DNA from: Lachnoclostridium sp. UBA3320
GTDB taxonomy: Bacteria; Bacillota; Clostridia; Lachnospirales; Lachnospiraceae
Direction of reading: 5' to 3'
Assembly: GCA_002361175.1 (NCBI GenBank)
Contig: DESG01000035.1
Coordinates: 3,275 to 67,274, forward strand
DNA length: 64,000 bases
Below are positions 30,543-38,747 of the stretch, piece after piece. Made by a program: the position numbers and the translations under genes. The first letter of the stretch is position 1. Each line of letters opens with the position of its first letter. The notes under the pieces are model-generated. The model had not been told where the DNA came from, ran no database searches, and saw only the letters and a program-made list of their open reading frames with translations.

Positions 30543-31217
30543 ATGATTGAAAGAACTCTTATTATTGGCGGTGGAGACATTGATTATACTTTTACCAAAA
30601 AATACCTTTCAGAACAAAAATTTGACAGTGTAGTATGTGCTGATTCAGGTCTTGACGTAGCGGATAAGCTTGGACTTGATGTCAACTTCTTAATGGGTGA
30701 TTTTGACAGTGTGGAAAAAGAAATTTTGTCAAAATATATGAAAAAAGATTTTTTAGGCAGTAATACAAGATATATAAAATACCCAAAAGAAAAAGACTAT
30801 ACTGATATGCACCTTGTTCTGGAGTGGACATTAGAGCAAAAACCATCTGAGATAGTTATACTTGGCGCAACAGGTAGAAGACTTGACCACTTTATTGCTA
30901 ATGTAAATATACTGCTGCTTGCTCTGGAAAAAAAAATACCAGCATATATAATTGACAGATATAACAAACTGTGCCTAATTAACAGTGAATATAGAATTAA
31001 TAGGCACAGTTTATGGGGAAAATATATATCAATCTGCCCATTTACAGAAGAAGTTACAGGTGTATCTTTGTATGGTTTTAAATATCCTCTTACTAGTGAA
31101 ACAATAAAAAAAGGCGGCAGCAGGACAGTTAGCAATGAACTTGCAGATAATATAGACGAAGCTGTAATTTCACTTGACCAAGGTATACTAATAGTAATTG
31201 AATCAAAAGATAAATAA
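30543..31217 (+). CDS. thiN: Thiamine pyrophosphokinase
   Basis: 224 aa with motifs GGGDID, GDFDS and GATGRRLDH. Confidence 0.85.
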   Translation: MIERTLIIGGGDIDYTFTKKYLSEQKFDSVVCADSGLDVADKLGLDVNFLMGDFDSVEKEILSKYMKKDFLGSNTRYIKYPKEKDYTDMHLVLEWTLEQKPSEIVILGATGRRLDHFIANVNILLLALEKKIPAYIIDRYNKLCLINSEYRINRHSLWGKYISICPFTEEVTGVSLYGFKYPLTSETIKKGGSRTVSNELADNIDEAVISLDQGILIVIESKDK

Positions 31218-31238
31218 AGCCAGTATATGGCTTTTTTA
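31216..31238. terminator. Short hairpin plus T-run after thiN
   Basis: AAAGCCA (31216-31222) pairs with TGGCTTT (31228-31234), followed by TTT. Confidence 0.45.
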
Positions 31239-31457
31239 TTTTACTGAAAGCGGCAGTGCTATCTGTACCATAAAACCACCATACTGGCTGTGGCATACAG
31301 TAGTAGTGCCGCTATGTGAAGACACAATCTGTTTTACAATCAAAAGTCCAAGACCATGACGTTGTTTAACTGCGCTTTCATCACGAAACATATAGTGTGG
31401 TGTATTGTTAATTTTATAAATCTGTTCATCTGTTGCCCCAATTCCATTATCAGAAAT
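31236..31457 (-). pseudogene. Histidine kinase fragment (only the G1 box to the C-terminus of the HATPase domain)
   Basis: Manual translation: ISDNGIGATDEQIYKINNTPHYMFRDESAVKQRHGLGLLIVKQIVSSHSGTTTVCHSQYGGFMVQIALPLSVK*. A stop codon lies immediately upstream (31458-31460). No TM, HAMP or H-box is present. Confidence 0.75.
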
Positions 31458-31485
31458 TTATATAACAATATACTTTTGTTTTTTA

Positions 31486-31806
31486 TTATCTTTTACTGTT
31501 ATTTTTAACAACTTCAGCACGTGACAAATCAATCTCACTCGCCACAAGCTTTATTACTGGGTCTTCTTCTTTATAGCATCTGCGAAGTATTGCCGTAATC
31601 CTAAACAGAAGCTCTTTCGGAAGAAAAGGTTTTACAATATAATCATCTGCACCAATCCCAAAACCTCTAAACTTATCATTATCTTCACCACATGCTGTTA
31701 AAAAAAGGACAGGAAAATTGCCCTTATGTCTTAATTGTTCCATTAACGAAAAGCCATCATCATCAGGGAGCATGACATCTAGTATCGCTAATTCTGGTAT
31801 CTGCAT
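31486..31806 (-). pseudogene. OmpR-family response regulator fragment
   Basis: Starts within the receiver domain (…ILDVMLPDDDGF…ADDYIVKPF) with about 45 N-terminal residues missing. The winged-helix domain stops about 10 residues in (SRAEVVKNNSKR*). Confidence 0.75.
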
Positions 31807-31956
31807 ACTAGCAGTATAATTAAGTTATTACACCCAAAATTAGTACACAGCTTCTTTTTGTGGAAAAAATATTTAATAATCTTTGTCAGATTTCAGAAAC
31901 TTAAAAAGTACTATATATGAATGTACATTTACAACAGGTTTTGAAGCCAGGCATAG

Positions 31957-32220
31957 ACAAAACCAGAAAGTCAGTGGTATATATGTAACAAAAGTCTCTA
32001 TAAAGACATACAAGAAAAATCACAAGAGCTTAATATTAATAATATAGAAATCTCTCCATTATCACTAAGAATAGATGGAATTGGCAGTCTATATGGTAAA
32101 AAGACTAAAGTTATATCTGATGTATACTTTGATGATATAGCAATTGAATTAAAAGATGACACTGTTGTAAAAAGGAGTAATTTTTTAACTTGTGATTTCC
32201 ATATATTTAAAAGCTTATAA
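31957..32220 (+). pseudogene. C-terminal fragment of an unknown protein (87 codons, no start codon)
   Basis: Open frame from a TAG at 31954 to a TAA at 32218-32220 (…ELNINNIEISPLSLRIDGIGSLYGKKTKVISDVYFDDIAIELKDDTVVKRSNFLTCDFHIFKSL*) with no ATG/GTG/TTG. An upstream segment continues in another frame. Confidence 0.35.
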
Positions 32221-32244
32221 AAGAATTGTTTATGTAATTAAAGT

Positions 32245-32271
32245 AGAGCGCAGCTTAAAGAGTTGCGCTCT
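32245..32271. terminator. Hairpin between two convergent gene fragments
   Basis: AGAGCGCA (32245-32252) pairs with TGCGCTCT (32264-32271), 11-nt loop. Confidence 0.45.
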
Positions 32272-32493
32272 TTAAAGATGTTCCTTATATGCTTGTAACA
32301 TATAAAAAAACAAATGTTGTTCCTTTTTTGGCAAAGATTGGAGCAATTCTAATGATTCTAATAAAAGAGGGGAACACTCAGAATTAGAATATTCTAAAAC
32401 TTTACCAATATGACATTCTAAAAAATCGCAAATTTCAGAAAGTGTATCTAAACTAGGCTTTGTTATACCACGTTCTAACTGACTTATGAACCC
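32272..32493 (-). pseudogene. XRE-family HTH regulator fragment (N-terminus missing)
   Basis: Manual translation: GFISQLERGITKPSLDTLSEICDFLECHIGKVLEYSNSECSPLLLESLELLQSLPKKEQHLFFYMLQAYKEHL*. The recognition-helix motif ISQLERG is present, but helices 1-2 and the start codon are absent. Confidence 0.65.
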
Positions 32494-33165
32494 AAAATAT
32501 ATGGTAACGGTAAAACACAGACAATAGACGGAAAAAAGGTGAATAACAAAGTATGTACTGTTTATACAGATATCCTTGCTTCATACAAATATACAGTGAA
32601 TAGTAAAAATATAGTAAAACCAGCAGTTGGTAAGGTTATTGTTGGTGTCACTAAATCTGATACTAAGCCAGAGGTAAGTAATAAGAATAAGATTACAGAT
32701 ACTTCTGCATCTAGCATTGCAAAAGCAAAAATCAAGAACGGACAAATAACAGTGACAGCAGTTGGCAAAGAAGGCGGGCTTGTTTATCTATGGGTCATAG
32801 ATACTGGCAACAAAGGAGTTTCTGCAAGTTGTCCTATAAATGTAAAGCTTGCCCCTAAGAAACTTGAAATGCAGAGTACAACAGGAACTAAGCTTACAAA
32901 AACAAAACTTGCGAATGGCAATACACTTGATGTATGTGTGGCAGGGCTTGTAGGCTCAACAAAAACAAATGATTGTACATACACAGTAACAGTTGATTCA
33001 AAATGTCAGAGTTATATTACTGTCACCCCTGTAGATGGCAGCACAAATAAGTTCACAATTAAAGCAACAGGTCTTAAAAATAATAAAGATACTAAAGCAA
33101 CTGTTACCTTTAAATGTGACCAAAATGGCAAGAAAACTAATTTTTCTTTGACAGTTACAAAGTAA
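32494..33165 (+). pseudogene. C-terminal fragment of a surface protein with two Ig-like (Big_2-like) repeats
   Basis: The frame is open from 32479 with no signal peptide or credible RBS; the track starts it at GTG 32539. Two beta-rich repeats (…GQITVTAVGKEGGLVYLWV… and …ITVTPVDGSTNKFTIKATG…). It abuts the XRE fragment head-to-head. Confidence 0.5.
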
Positions 33166-33192
33166 ACTAATCTATAAATTTGTAAAGCTATA

Positions 33193-33225
33193 AATTCGGA
33201 TGCAGCTTAAGGCTACATCCGAATT
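33193..33225. terminator. Bidirectional hairpin terminator
   Basis: AATTCGGATG (33193-33202) pairs with CATCCGAATT (33216-33225), plus 3 further bp across one mismatch. Confidence 0.6.
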
Positions 33226-33248
33226 ATATAGTAATTTTTTATTGACTA

Positions 33249-34217
33249 TTATTTAAGCCCAAGCCACTCCTTTACGGTTTCCACCGCATATCCTACACCT
33301 TGCGCAATCTTTTCAACGTCAAGTCCAAGATTATAAAAATTATTTGCCACCTCTCTGGCTTTCTTTAATTCCCCATTTTGTTCGGATTCTTTTCTCATTT
33401 CCTGAATTGCTTGACACATATCAATCACCTCGTCCTCTTCATTATATTTTATTCCAAAATGTGTAATTACTTCAATCACATCAGCCGCTCGTCGTTCCAT
33501 TTCCCGAAATCGTTTTTCATTGTCTTTTAATATTCGATTTAAGTTTTCCTTATCTTTTGAATATTTGATGAACAACATAACTTCTCGTAAACTAGACTGA
33601 AATTTCATAATCTCATTATCCGACATCTGAGCTGGGGCGATTAAATTTATTTGATAATTATTCATACAGGCAAGCACATCTGGGTCTGAAATGTCCATCA
33701 TGTCAAATAAGCTTAACGGCCCATCCCATTTTTCTGAACCAAAAAATATAGTCACTGTAACAGAAGGTATCAATCTATCTTCTTTCCAAAAGCCACTTAG
33801 AAATTCACCTACATTTGGAGTTTTCTTATTTTTTTCTCCCTGCTCACGTTTTTGTTTCACCTCTTTTCGATGTGATTTTGCTGCTTCTTCTACTTGTCCT
33901 GCGTATTCTAATGCATCGTAAAGATTATTTTTCACAGCCATTGCATAATGGATTTCTGTCTGGTTCTCCGCTCCATAAAGGACATACTCCATCTTTCCGT
34001 CTGTCATTGCGGCATACAGTTTCTGCACATCACGGAATTTCTGGACTGGAACAACGGCCCCATCTGCCCCATATGGCAGTACAATCTTCGTAGAATCACG
34101 CTCTGTAAGCTGTTCTGGCAAAATTACCTGTCTGCCACCATAAATATAGTAGTTAAAAATATCAGCAAAGATGTCTGCATCTTTTACATAATCTTTTGTA
34201 ATTGTATCTGCCTTCAA
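33249..34217 (-). CDS. Rpn-family recombination-promoting nuclease / putative transposase (PD-(D/E)xK, YhgA-like)
   Basis: 322 aa. N-terminal pattern KDYVKDADIFADIFNYYIYGG…RDSTK…DV…LYGAENQTEIHYAMAVK is typical of the family. TTG start after a GGTGA RBS. Confidence 0.7.
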   Translation of the reverse strand: MKADTITKDYVKDADIFADIFNYYIYGGRQVILPEQLTERDSTKIVLPYGADGAVVPVQKFRDVQKLYAAMTDGKMEYVLYGAENQTEIHYAMAVKNNLYDALEYAGQVEEAAKSHRKEVKQKREQGEKNKKTPNVGEFLSGFWKEDRLIPSVTVTIFFGSEKWDGPLSLFDMMDISDPDVLACMNNYQINLIAPAQMSDNEIMKFQSSLREVMLFIKYSKDKENLNRILKDNEKRFREMERRAADVIEVITHFGIKYNEEDEVIDMCQAIQEMRKESEQNGELKKAREVANNFYNLGLDVEKIAQGVGYAVETVKEWLGLK

Positions 34218-34382
34218 CGGTATTCACCACTTTTCGCATAAATTTATAGCAGATATTTCTTTGATAAAACCTTTATCCTGCCATGGGTTAATTATACTAA
34301 AGGAGCTGCTTTTTTTCAAGCATATATATGATGCCGGACAGAATAAACGCATGAATAGAATATTATAGTTTTTTACACAATT

Positions 34383-35267
34383 TTAAAAAAAAGAATCTAC
34401 AGATGCCGTATTACCTAAAATCTCTCTTGATGTATAAAGTGTTAAGTCTCTTCTTGTATTTACAGCCCATTTCACCAGTGTAATAGTGCGCTTTTCTATC
34501 TCAACAGCAGTTATACCAGCAGGATGTACACAACTTCCTGTATTACAGTATGGTGAATCCTTAGAGCCAGTCATAGGATGATGAGTGTGTCCTGATATAA
34601 GTATTAATTTATTTTTAAGTGCCCAACCTGTCAACTTTTTCTCAGTCTTTTTCTTTCTCTTATTATTTTTGGCTGCACTTGTCGGGTCTGGCACACCTAT
34701 ATTTTCAAGAGGTCTCCATATATAACGTACCAAAAAACGTGACAGTCGCCAAAAAGTGCTGTTAAGCAAATCAGCTTGATGTCCATGTGTTAAAAATATT
34801 TTATATCCTTTAATCGTATCATGCAGAACAATCCCTGGATAAAACTCCATATCAGGATAGAGTGGTCTATTACAGAGCATTTTGTCGCAATAAAATGAAC
34901 TAAAATATCTGCCTTGGAAACTAGTATGTTTTTTGACTATATCATGGTTTCCATAGACTGTATAAAGACGTTTTTTTGCATAAAACAGGGAAAGTATTTC
35001 AAAGCTTTGCTTATGGTTTTCTTTAATACACTCCATAGAACGGTTTTCCCAAAGTTCATCTCCGTCACCCAGCTCAATATATGTAAATCCCCTCTGGAAA
35101 TAATATTTAAGTGCAGCAAGATAAAGACATTCATTGTGAAGAAAATTGTCACCAGCACGTCCACATCCTCTATGACAGTCACTTATAATAACATACCGTG
35201 AAGATGGATATAATGGAAGCTGCAAAGAATCTTTAAATGCTTTTTGCATACGACTTTCAAACCCCAT
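34383..35267 (-). CDS. Metallophosphoesterase (calcineurin-like, LpxH-like layout)
   Basis: Motifs in order: ISDCHRG (DxH), GDGDELWE (GDxxD), GNHD, THGH, GHTHH. Lys-rich insert KNNKRKKKTEKK. Confidence 0.7.
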   Translation of the reverse strand: MGFESRMQKAFKDSLQLPLYPSSRYVIISDCHRGCGRAGDNFLHNECLYLAALKYYFQRGFTYIELGDGDELWENRSMECIKENHKQSFEILSLFYAKKRLYTVYGNHDIVKKHTSFQGRYFSSFYCDKMLCNRPLYPDMEFYPGIVLHDTIKGYKIFLTHGHQADLLNSTFWRLSRFLVRYIWRPLENIGVPDPTSAAKNNKRKKKTEKKLTGWALKNKLILISGHTHHPMTGSKDSPYCNTGSCVHPAGITAVEIEKRTITLVKWAVNTRRDLTLYTSREILGNTASVDSFF

Positions 35268-35291
35268 TCTTTTTCCTCTCTGAAATATTTA

Positions 35292-35332
35292 TATTAAAAA
35301 TATCCCATAAACTCTTGTTATAAGTCTATGGG
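35292..35332 (-). terminator. Rho-independent terminator after the Cys-rich protein gene
   Basis: On the minus strand, CCCATAGACT pairs with AGTTTATGGG (10 bp, 1 mismatch, 9-nt loop), followed by ATATTTTTAATAT. Confidence 0.55.
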
Positions 35333-35393
35333 AGTAAATAATAATTAAGAACTATTATAATCTAAGAATTACATGATGTTTTAGTTATTAAGT

Positions 35394-36332
35394 TTATGGA
35401 ATCTGTATTTTCTTATGTGTTTTTTTATATTCCCTATAGCATTTATGATACTTCTGCTTCTTATTTTTCTTCATGCACAGCATATGCCTGAATATAAATG
35501 GCAGAAAACAGTATAAATATAAAATTTTATCAAGCGTGCAGATAAATGGCTTTGTAACCCACATATAAAGTTTACAAAAAAGCCTGTTTTTAAACTGTGC
35601 CCATTTTGCTTTAAAGCATCTTCTGCAACATGGTTGACACGCAAATGGCTTTGCAATTATAAATGTTATTGTCTTATCACATACAGAAATGCCACACTTT
35701 ATATAACCAGATTGTACAAGACTTTGCAAAAAGCAATACATCATTGCTTCACTCCTAAAAGTAATAGAAACACGCATTGATAAATCTTCTGGCATACAGT
35801 ATTTGCCAGGACAAAAGCCTGTAAGCCACCAGTGTGGCTGACTTGCAGTAAAAAGTATATTGCCTTTGTAGAACGTAGTTACAGAAAGAGTTAAAAATTC
35901 ATTATCAGATATGCTTTTAAATAATGTTTTGTCATATTCCCAAGGGTCTAAAATTCTGTCAGAATAGTATATTCCAGCTTCGCTGCCAGTGCTGATACCA
36001 TATTGTCCTTTCCAGAATTCAAACATCCATGTTCGGTCATTATAATTAAAATAAATTGGTTCACAGTCAAAGACCATCGAAAAATGCACAGCAGTTTTAT
36101 CATACAGCGAACAATAGCCAAATTGTCTCTGCCATGCGTCAGTTCTAGATGTTATAATATCCTGCGAAGAAGAATAGCAAAAGCCAAATGGTTCCATAAT
36201 CTGATTTAACATACATACTTTTTCCTGTAGTTTCATATTACAGAGTTTGCAGATTATTTTTTTCTTTTTCCAGTGGAAAATAATAAAAGACAGTATACAT
36301 ACAAATATTAACACTCCAAATAAAATGTACAT
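35394..36332 (-). CDS. N-terminally membrane-anchored, cysteine-rich protein (DUF4474-like core, tentative)
   Basis: 312 aa, one N-terminal TM helix, core motif FEFWKGQYGISTG…HWWLTGF, 21 Cys in total, C-terminal Cys/Lys-rich tail (CQPCCRRCFKAKW…HKCYREYKKTHKK). Good RBS GGAAGGAA. Confidence 0.45.
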   Translation of the reverse strand: MYILFGVLIFVCILSFIIFHWKKKKIICKLCNMKLQEKVCMLNQIMEPFGFCYSSSQDIITSRTDAWQRQFGYCSLYDKTAVHFSMVFDCEPIYFNYNDRTWMFEFWKGQYGISTGSEAGIYYSDRILDPWEYDKTLFKSISDNEFLTLSVTTFYKGNILFTASQPHWWLTGFCPGKYCMPEDLSMRVSITFRSEAMMYCFLQSLVQSGYIKCGISVCDKTITFIIAKPFACQPCCRRCFKAKWAQFKNRLFCKLYMWVTKPFICTLDKILYLYCFLPFIFRHMLCMKKNKKQKYHKCYREYKKTHKKIQIP

Positions 36333-36460
36333 AGTAAATTCCTTCCAAAAAGTATTTATTATATTATATGAAAGAAACTTTAAGAGGCAACATTATAGTA
36401 TACTCTCTTTTATTTTATAAGGTAAATTTGTCTGTATTTTTATAAAAATGCAAAAAGTAC

Positions 36461-36489
36461 TTGCATTTTTATGAAAGATAGTGTATAGT
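36461..36489 (+). promoter_or_regulatory. Candidate sigma70 promoter for tRNA-Glu
   Basis: TTGCAT (36461-36466), 17-nt spacer, TATAGT (36484-36489), about 55 nt upstream of the tRNA. Confidence 0.35.
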
Positions 36490-36543
36490 AGTTTTTGTTG
36501 ATGCGAACAAGTTGTGTATGCATTAAGATTAAACTTGATATTT

Positions 36544-36615
36544 GGTCTGTTGGTCAAGCGGCTAAGACGTCGCCCTCTCACGGCGAAAACAGGGGTTCGA
36601 TTCCCCTACAGACTG
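36544..36615 (+). tRNA. tRNA-Glu (anticodon CUC)
   Basis: Manual cloverleaf: acceptor GGTCTGT/ACAGACT (G1-U72 wobble), D arm GTC…GAC, anticodon stem TCGCC/GGCGA with loop CTCTCAC, 4-nt variable loop, T arm AGGGG-TTCGATT-CCCCT, discriminator G. No CCA is encoded. Confidence 0.85.
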
Positions 36616-36715
36616 CTACTGTTTATAATATAAACAGCCCAACCCGTAAAGAGCTTGTAAAATCACTTGATTTTATAGGCTTTTTTTATAAGTAAAAAAA
36701 GGAGTGAGTAGTGTT

Positions 36716-37396
36716 GTGAAATATGATTGTCTTATTATTGATGATGAAAAACTTCTTGCAGACAGCACATCGGAGTATTTCAATCTATTTGGAGTAAAAA
36801 CAGCAGTTGCATATAATGCATCTGAATGCTTGGAGTTTTTCAGTGAAAATACTGCAAAACTTCTGCTGCTTGATATAAATTTAGAAGATAGCAGTGGTTT
36901 TAAATTGTGCAAAAAACTCCGTGAAAAAACAGATATCCCTATTTTATTTATTTCTGCAAGAACAAGTGATGATGATAAGATTATTGCGCTTAATATTGGA
37001 GGAGATGATTACATACAAAAACCATATTCACTTGGTGTGTTGCTTGCAAAGGTAAAGGTTGTATTGAAGCGTTTTGGACAGAGCACAGATACAAAGTATT
37101 CTGATGGCAGACTTACAGTTGATTTTGATGCAAAGCAGGTATTTGTTGATGGGGTGGCTGCAAAACTGACATCGCTTGAATTTAAGTTGTTATCTTATCT
37201 TATTAAAAATGAAAATAAGGTTATTCCAAAACAGGAACTGTTTGAAGAGGTCTGGGAGGATAAGTTTACTGGCGATGGGACGCTGAATGTGCATATCCGA
37301 AAAATACGAGAAGTGATTGAAAAAAATCCAAGCAGTCCAAAATATATTATCACTATTTGGGGTGATGGTTATAAATTTATTGGAGGAAAGCAGTGA
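36716..37396 (+). CDS. OmpR-family response regulator
   Basis: Receiver domain (IIDDE…LLLDINLEDSSGF…GGDDYIQKPY) plus a winged-helix output domain. The GTG at 36716 is the first start compatible with the AAGGAG at 36699-36704. Confidence 0.88.
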   Translation: MKYDCLIIDDEKLLADSTSEYFNLFGVKTAVAYNASECLEFFSENTAKLLLLDINLEDSSGFKLCKKLREKTDIPILFISARTSDDDKIIALNIGGDDYIQKPYSLGVLLAKVKVVLKRFGQSTDTKYSDGRLTVDFDAKQVFVDGVAAKLTSLEFKLLSYLIKNENKVIPKQELFEEVWEDKFTGDGTLNVHIRKIREVIEKNPSSPKYIITIWGDGYKFIGGKQ

Positions 37397-38658
37397 AAAA
37401 ACAGACTTTTCTAATAAGTATGATATTTATTTTTGTGACAGAAATTGTGGTTCTTATCTTTTTTGCAGCAAAAGATACAGAGTATGTGCAGGATGCTGTG
37501 TTAGTAAATGAAGCAATACAGTCAGTACAAAATAACTGGAACACAATAAAAAGTCATAAAAACCAGATTTCTCTTGATTATGTTGTTATTGGAACAGATG
37601 AAAATGTATTATTTAAAACAAGGTCTGGGCTAAGTGAAAGCATTAATAAGGCAATAAAACATAGAGACACTATACTTGATATAAAAGTGAACAATCAGAT
37701 TGTAGGCAAAATCATTATTTATAACGACAGTGCCAAAATTTTTAGTACACATAAAAAATCTATCATTATTATTTTGTCTGTTGCAATGTTTGTGCAGTGC
37801 ATCTTTTGTATTGGATATTTCTTATATTTAAATCATACTATAATAAAACCTTTTCATAAGCTTAAAGGTTTTGCAGAACGTATTGCAGGTGGTAATTTAG
37901 ATATTCCCCTCAAGATGGACAGGCAAAATCTTTTTGGTGCGTTTACAGAGAGTTTTGATATTATGCGTTCTGAACTGCAAAAAGCAAGAAGGGCAGAAGC
38001 TAAAGCAAATGCAGAAAAAAAAGAACTTGTTGCTAAACTTTCTCACGATATCAAAACGCCAGTTGCAAGTATTAAGGCAGCATCAGAAGTAGGAAGTGCA
38101 CTGGCATATGATGAAAAAACTAGGGATAATTATATACAGATTATTCATAAAGCGGACCAGATTAATACATTGGTTACAAATTTGTTTACGGCATCTTTAG
38201 AAGAGATAGGCAAGCTTTCTGTTGCACCTACAGACATAGAAAACAAAGAACTAAAAACTTTACTTGAAAATTCTGATTATCTCCATCATACAACAATTCC
38301 TAATATTCCAGACTGTATTTTATATATTGATAAACTTCGTTTACAACAAGTATTTGATAATATTTTTGCCAATTCCTATAAATATGCTGGTACAAATATA
38401 GATGTAACAGTGCAAAAAGATGGAGGATATCTTTTAGTAGTAATTGAAGATTATGGAGGTGGTGTTAACACAGAGGAATTACCTCTGCTTAAAAATAAAT
38501 TTGAACGTGGGAGTAATGTAAAAGATAAAGAAGGTGCAGGACTTGGGCTTTATATCTCTGATTATTTCATGAAAGAAATGCAGGGAGAACTTATTATTGA
38601 AAATGGACATAATGGACTGAAAGTAACAGTAATGATTGCTTTAAGCGGCACAGTTTAA
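37393..38658 (+). CDS. Sensor histidine kinase (two TM helices, extracytoplasmic loop of about 95 aa)
   Basis: TM1 around aa 5-25 and TM2 around aa 122-146, H-box LSHDIKTP, N box, G boxes (EDYGGGV, GAGLGL). The start overlaps the RR stop. Confidence 0.88.
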   Translation: MKKQTFLISMIFIFVTEIVVLIFFAAKDTEYVQDAVLVNEAIQSVQNNWNTIKSHKNQISLDYVVIGTDENVLFKTRSGLSESINKAIKHRDTILDIKVNNQIVGKIIIYNDSAKIFSTHKKSIIIILSVAMFVQCIFCIGYFLYLNHTIIKPFHKLKGFAERIAGGNLDIPLKMDRQNLFGAFTESFDIMRSELQKARRAEAKANAEKKELVAKLSHDIKTPVASIKAASEVGSALAYDEKTRDNYIQIIHKADQINTLVTNLFTASLEEIGKLSVAPTDIENKELKTLLENSDYLHHTTIPNIPDCILYIDKLRLQQVFDNIFANSYKYAGTNIDVTVQKDGGYLLVVIEDYGGGVNTEELPLLKNKFERGSNVKDKEGAGLGLYISDYFMKEMQGELIIENGHNGLKVTVMIALSGTV

Positions 38659-38702
38659 GGAATTTTTAAGGATTGCCTAAAGACATTTAAGAATTGTCTA
38701 AA
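38654..38702 (+). promoter_or_regulatory. Three phased direct repeats (TTTAAGRAWT) in the HK-ABC intergenic region; candidate response-regulator binding site
   Basis: TTTAAGGAAT at 38654, TTTAAGGATTGCCTAAA at 38665-38681 and TTTAAGAATTGTCTAAA at 38686-38702 (15/17 identical), offset 11 and 21 bp. The last repeat overlaps a possible -35 (TTGTCT, 17-nt spacer, TATAAG). Confidence 0.5.
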
Positions 38703-38747
38703 TAAAATAGAACGTGTATAAGTTAAAACAATAATGGAGGTTTATTT

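Noticed and set aside
29631-31217. Absence of rpe between rsgA and the thiamine pyrophosphokinase gene, where it lies in many Firmicutes.
   Set aside because: The junction (30513-30542) is clean with no remnant. Gene order here varies between lineages and rpe is probably elsewhere. This is not evidence of anything unusual.
31853-31864. A 12-nt match (TCTTTTTGTGGA) to the reverse complement of the end of the 34-bp repeat, located next to the truncated response-regulator fragment.
   Set aside because: It is tempting as a half-site left by recombination, but only 12 nt match and the rest of the repeat, including the second hairpin arm, is absent. It is too short to separate from chance by eye.
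36393-36912. Three track ORFs (36393-36581 minus, 36495-36695 plus, 36673-36912 minus) around the tRNA and the start of the response-regulator gene.
   Set aside because: They overlap the tRNA-Glu gene, its promoter, or the well-supported regulator gene, and have no RBS. They are best explained as chance frames.
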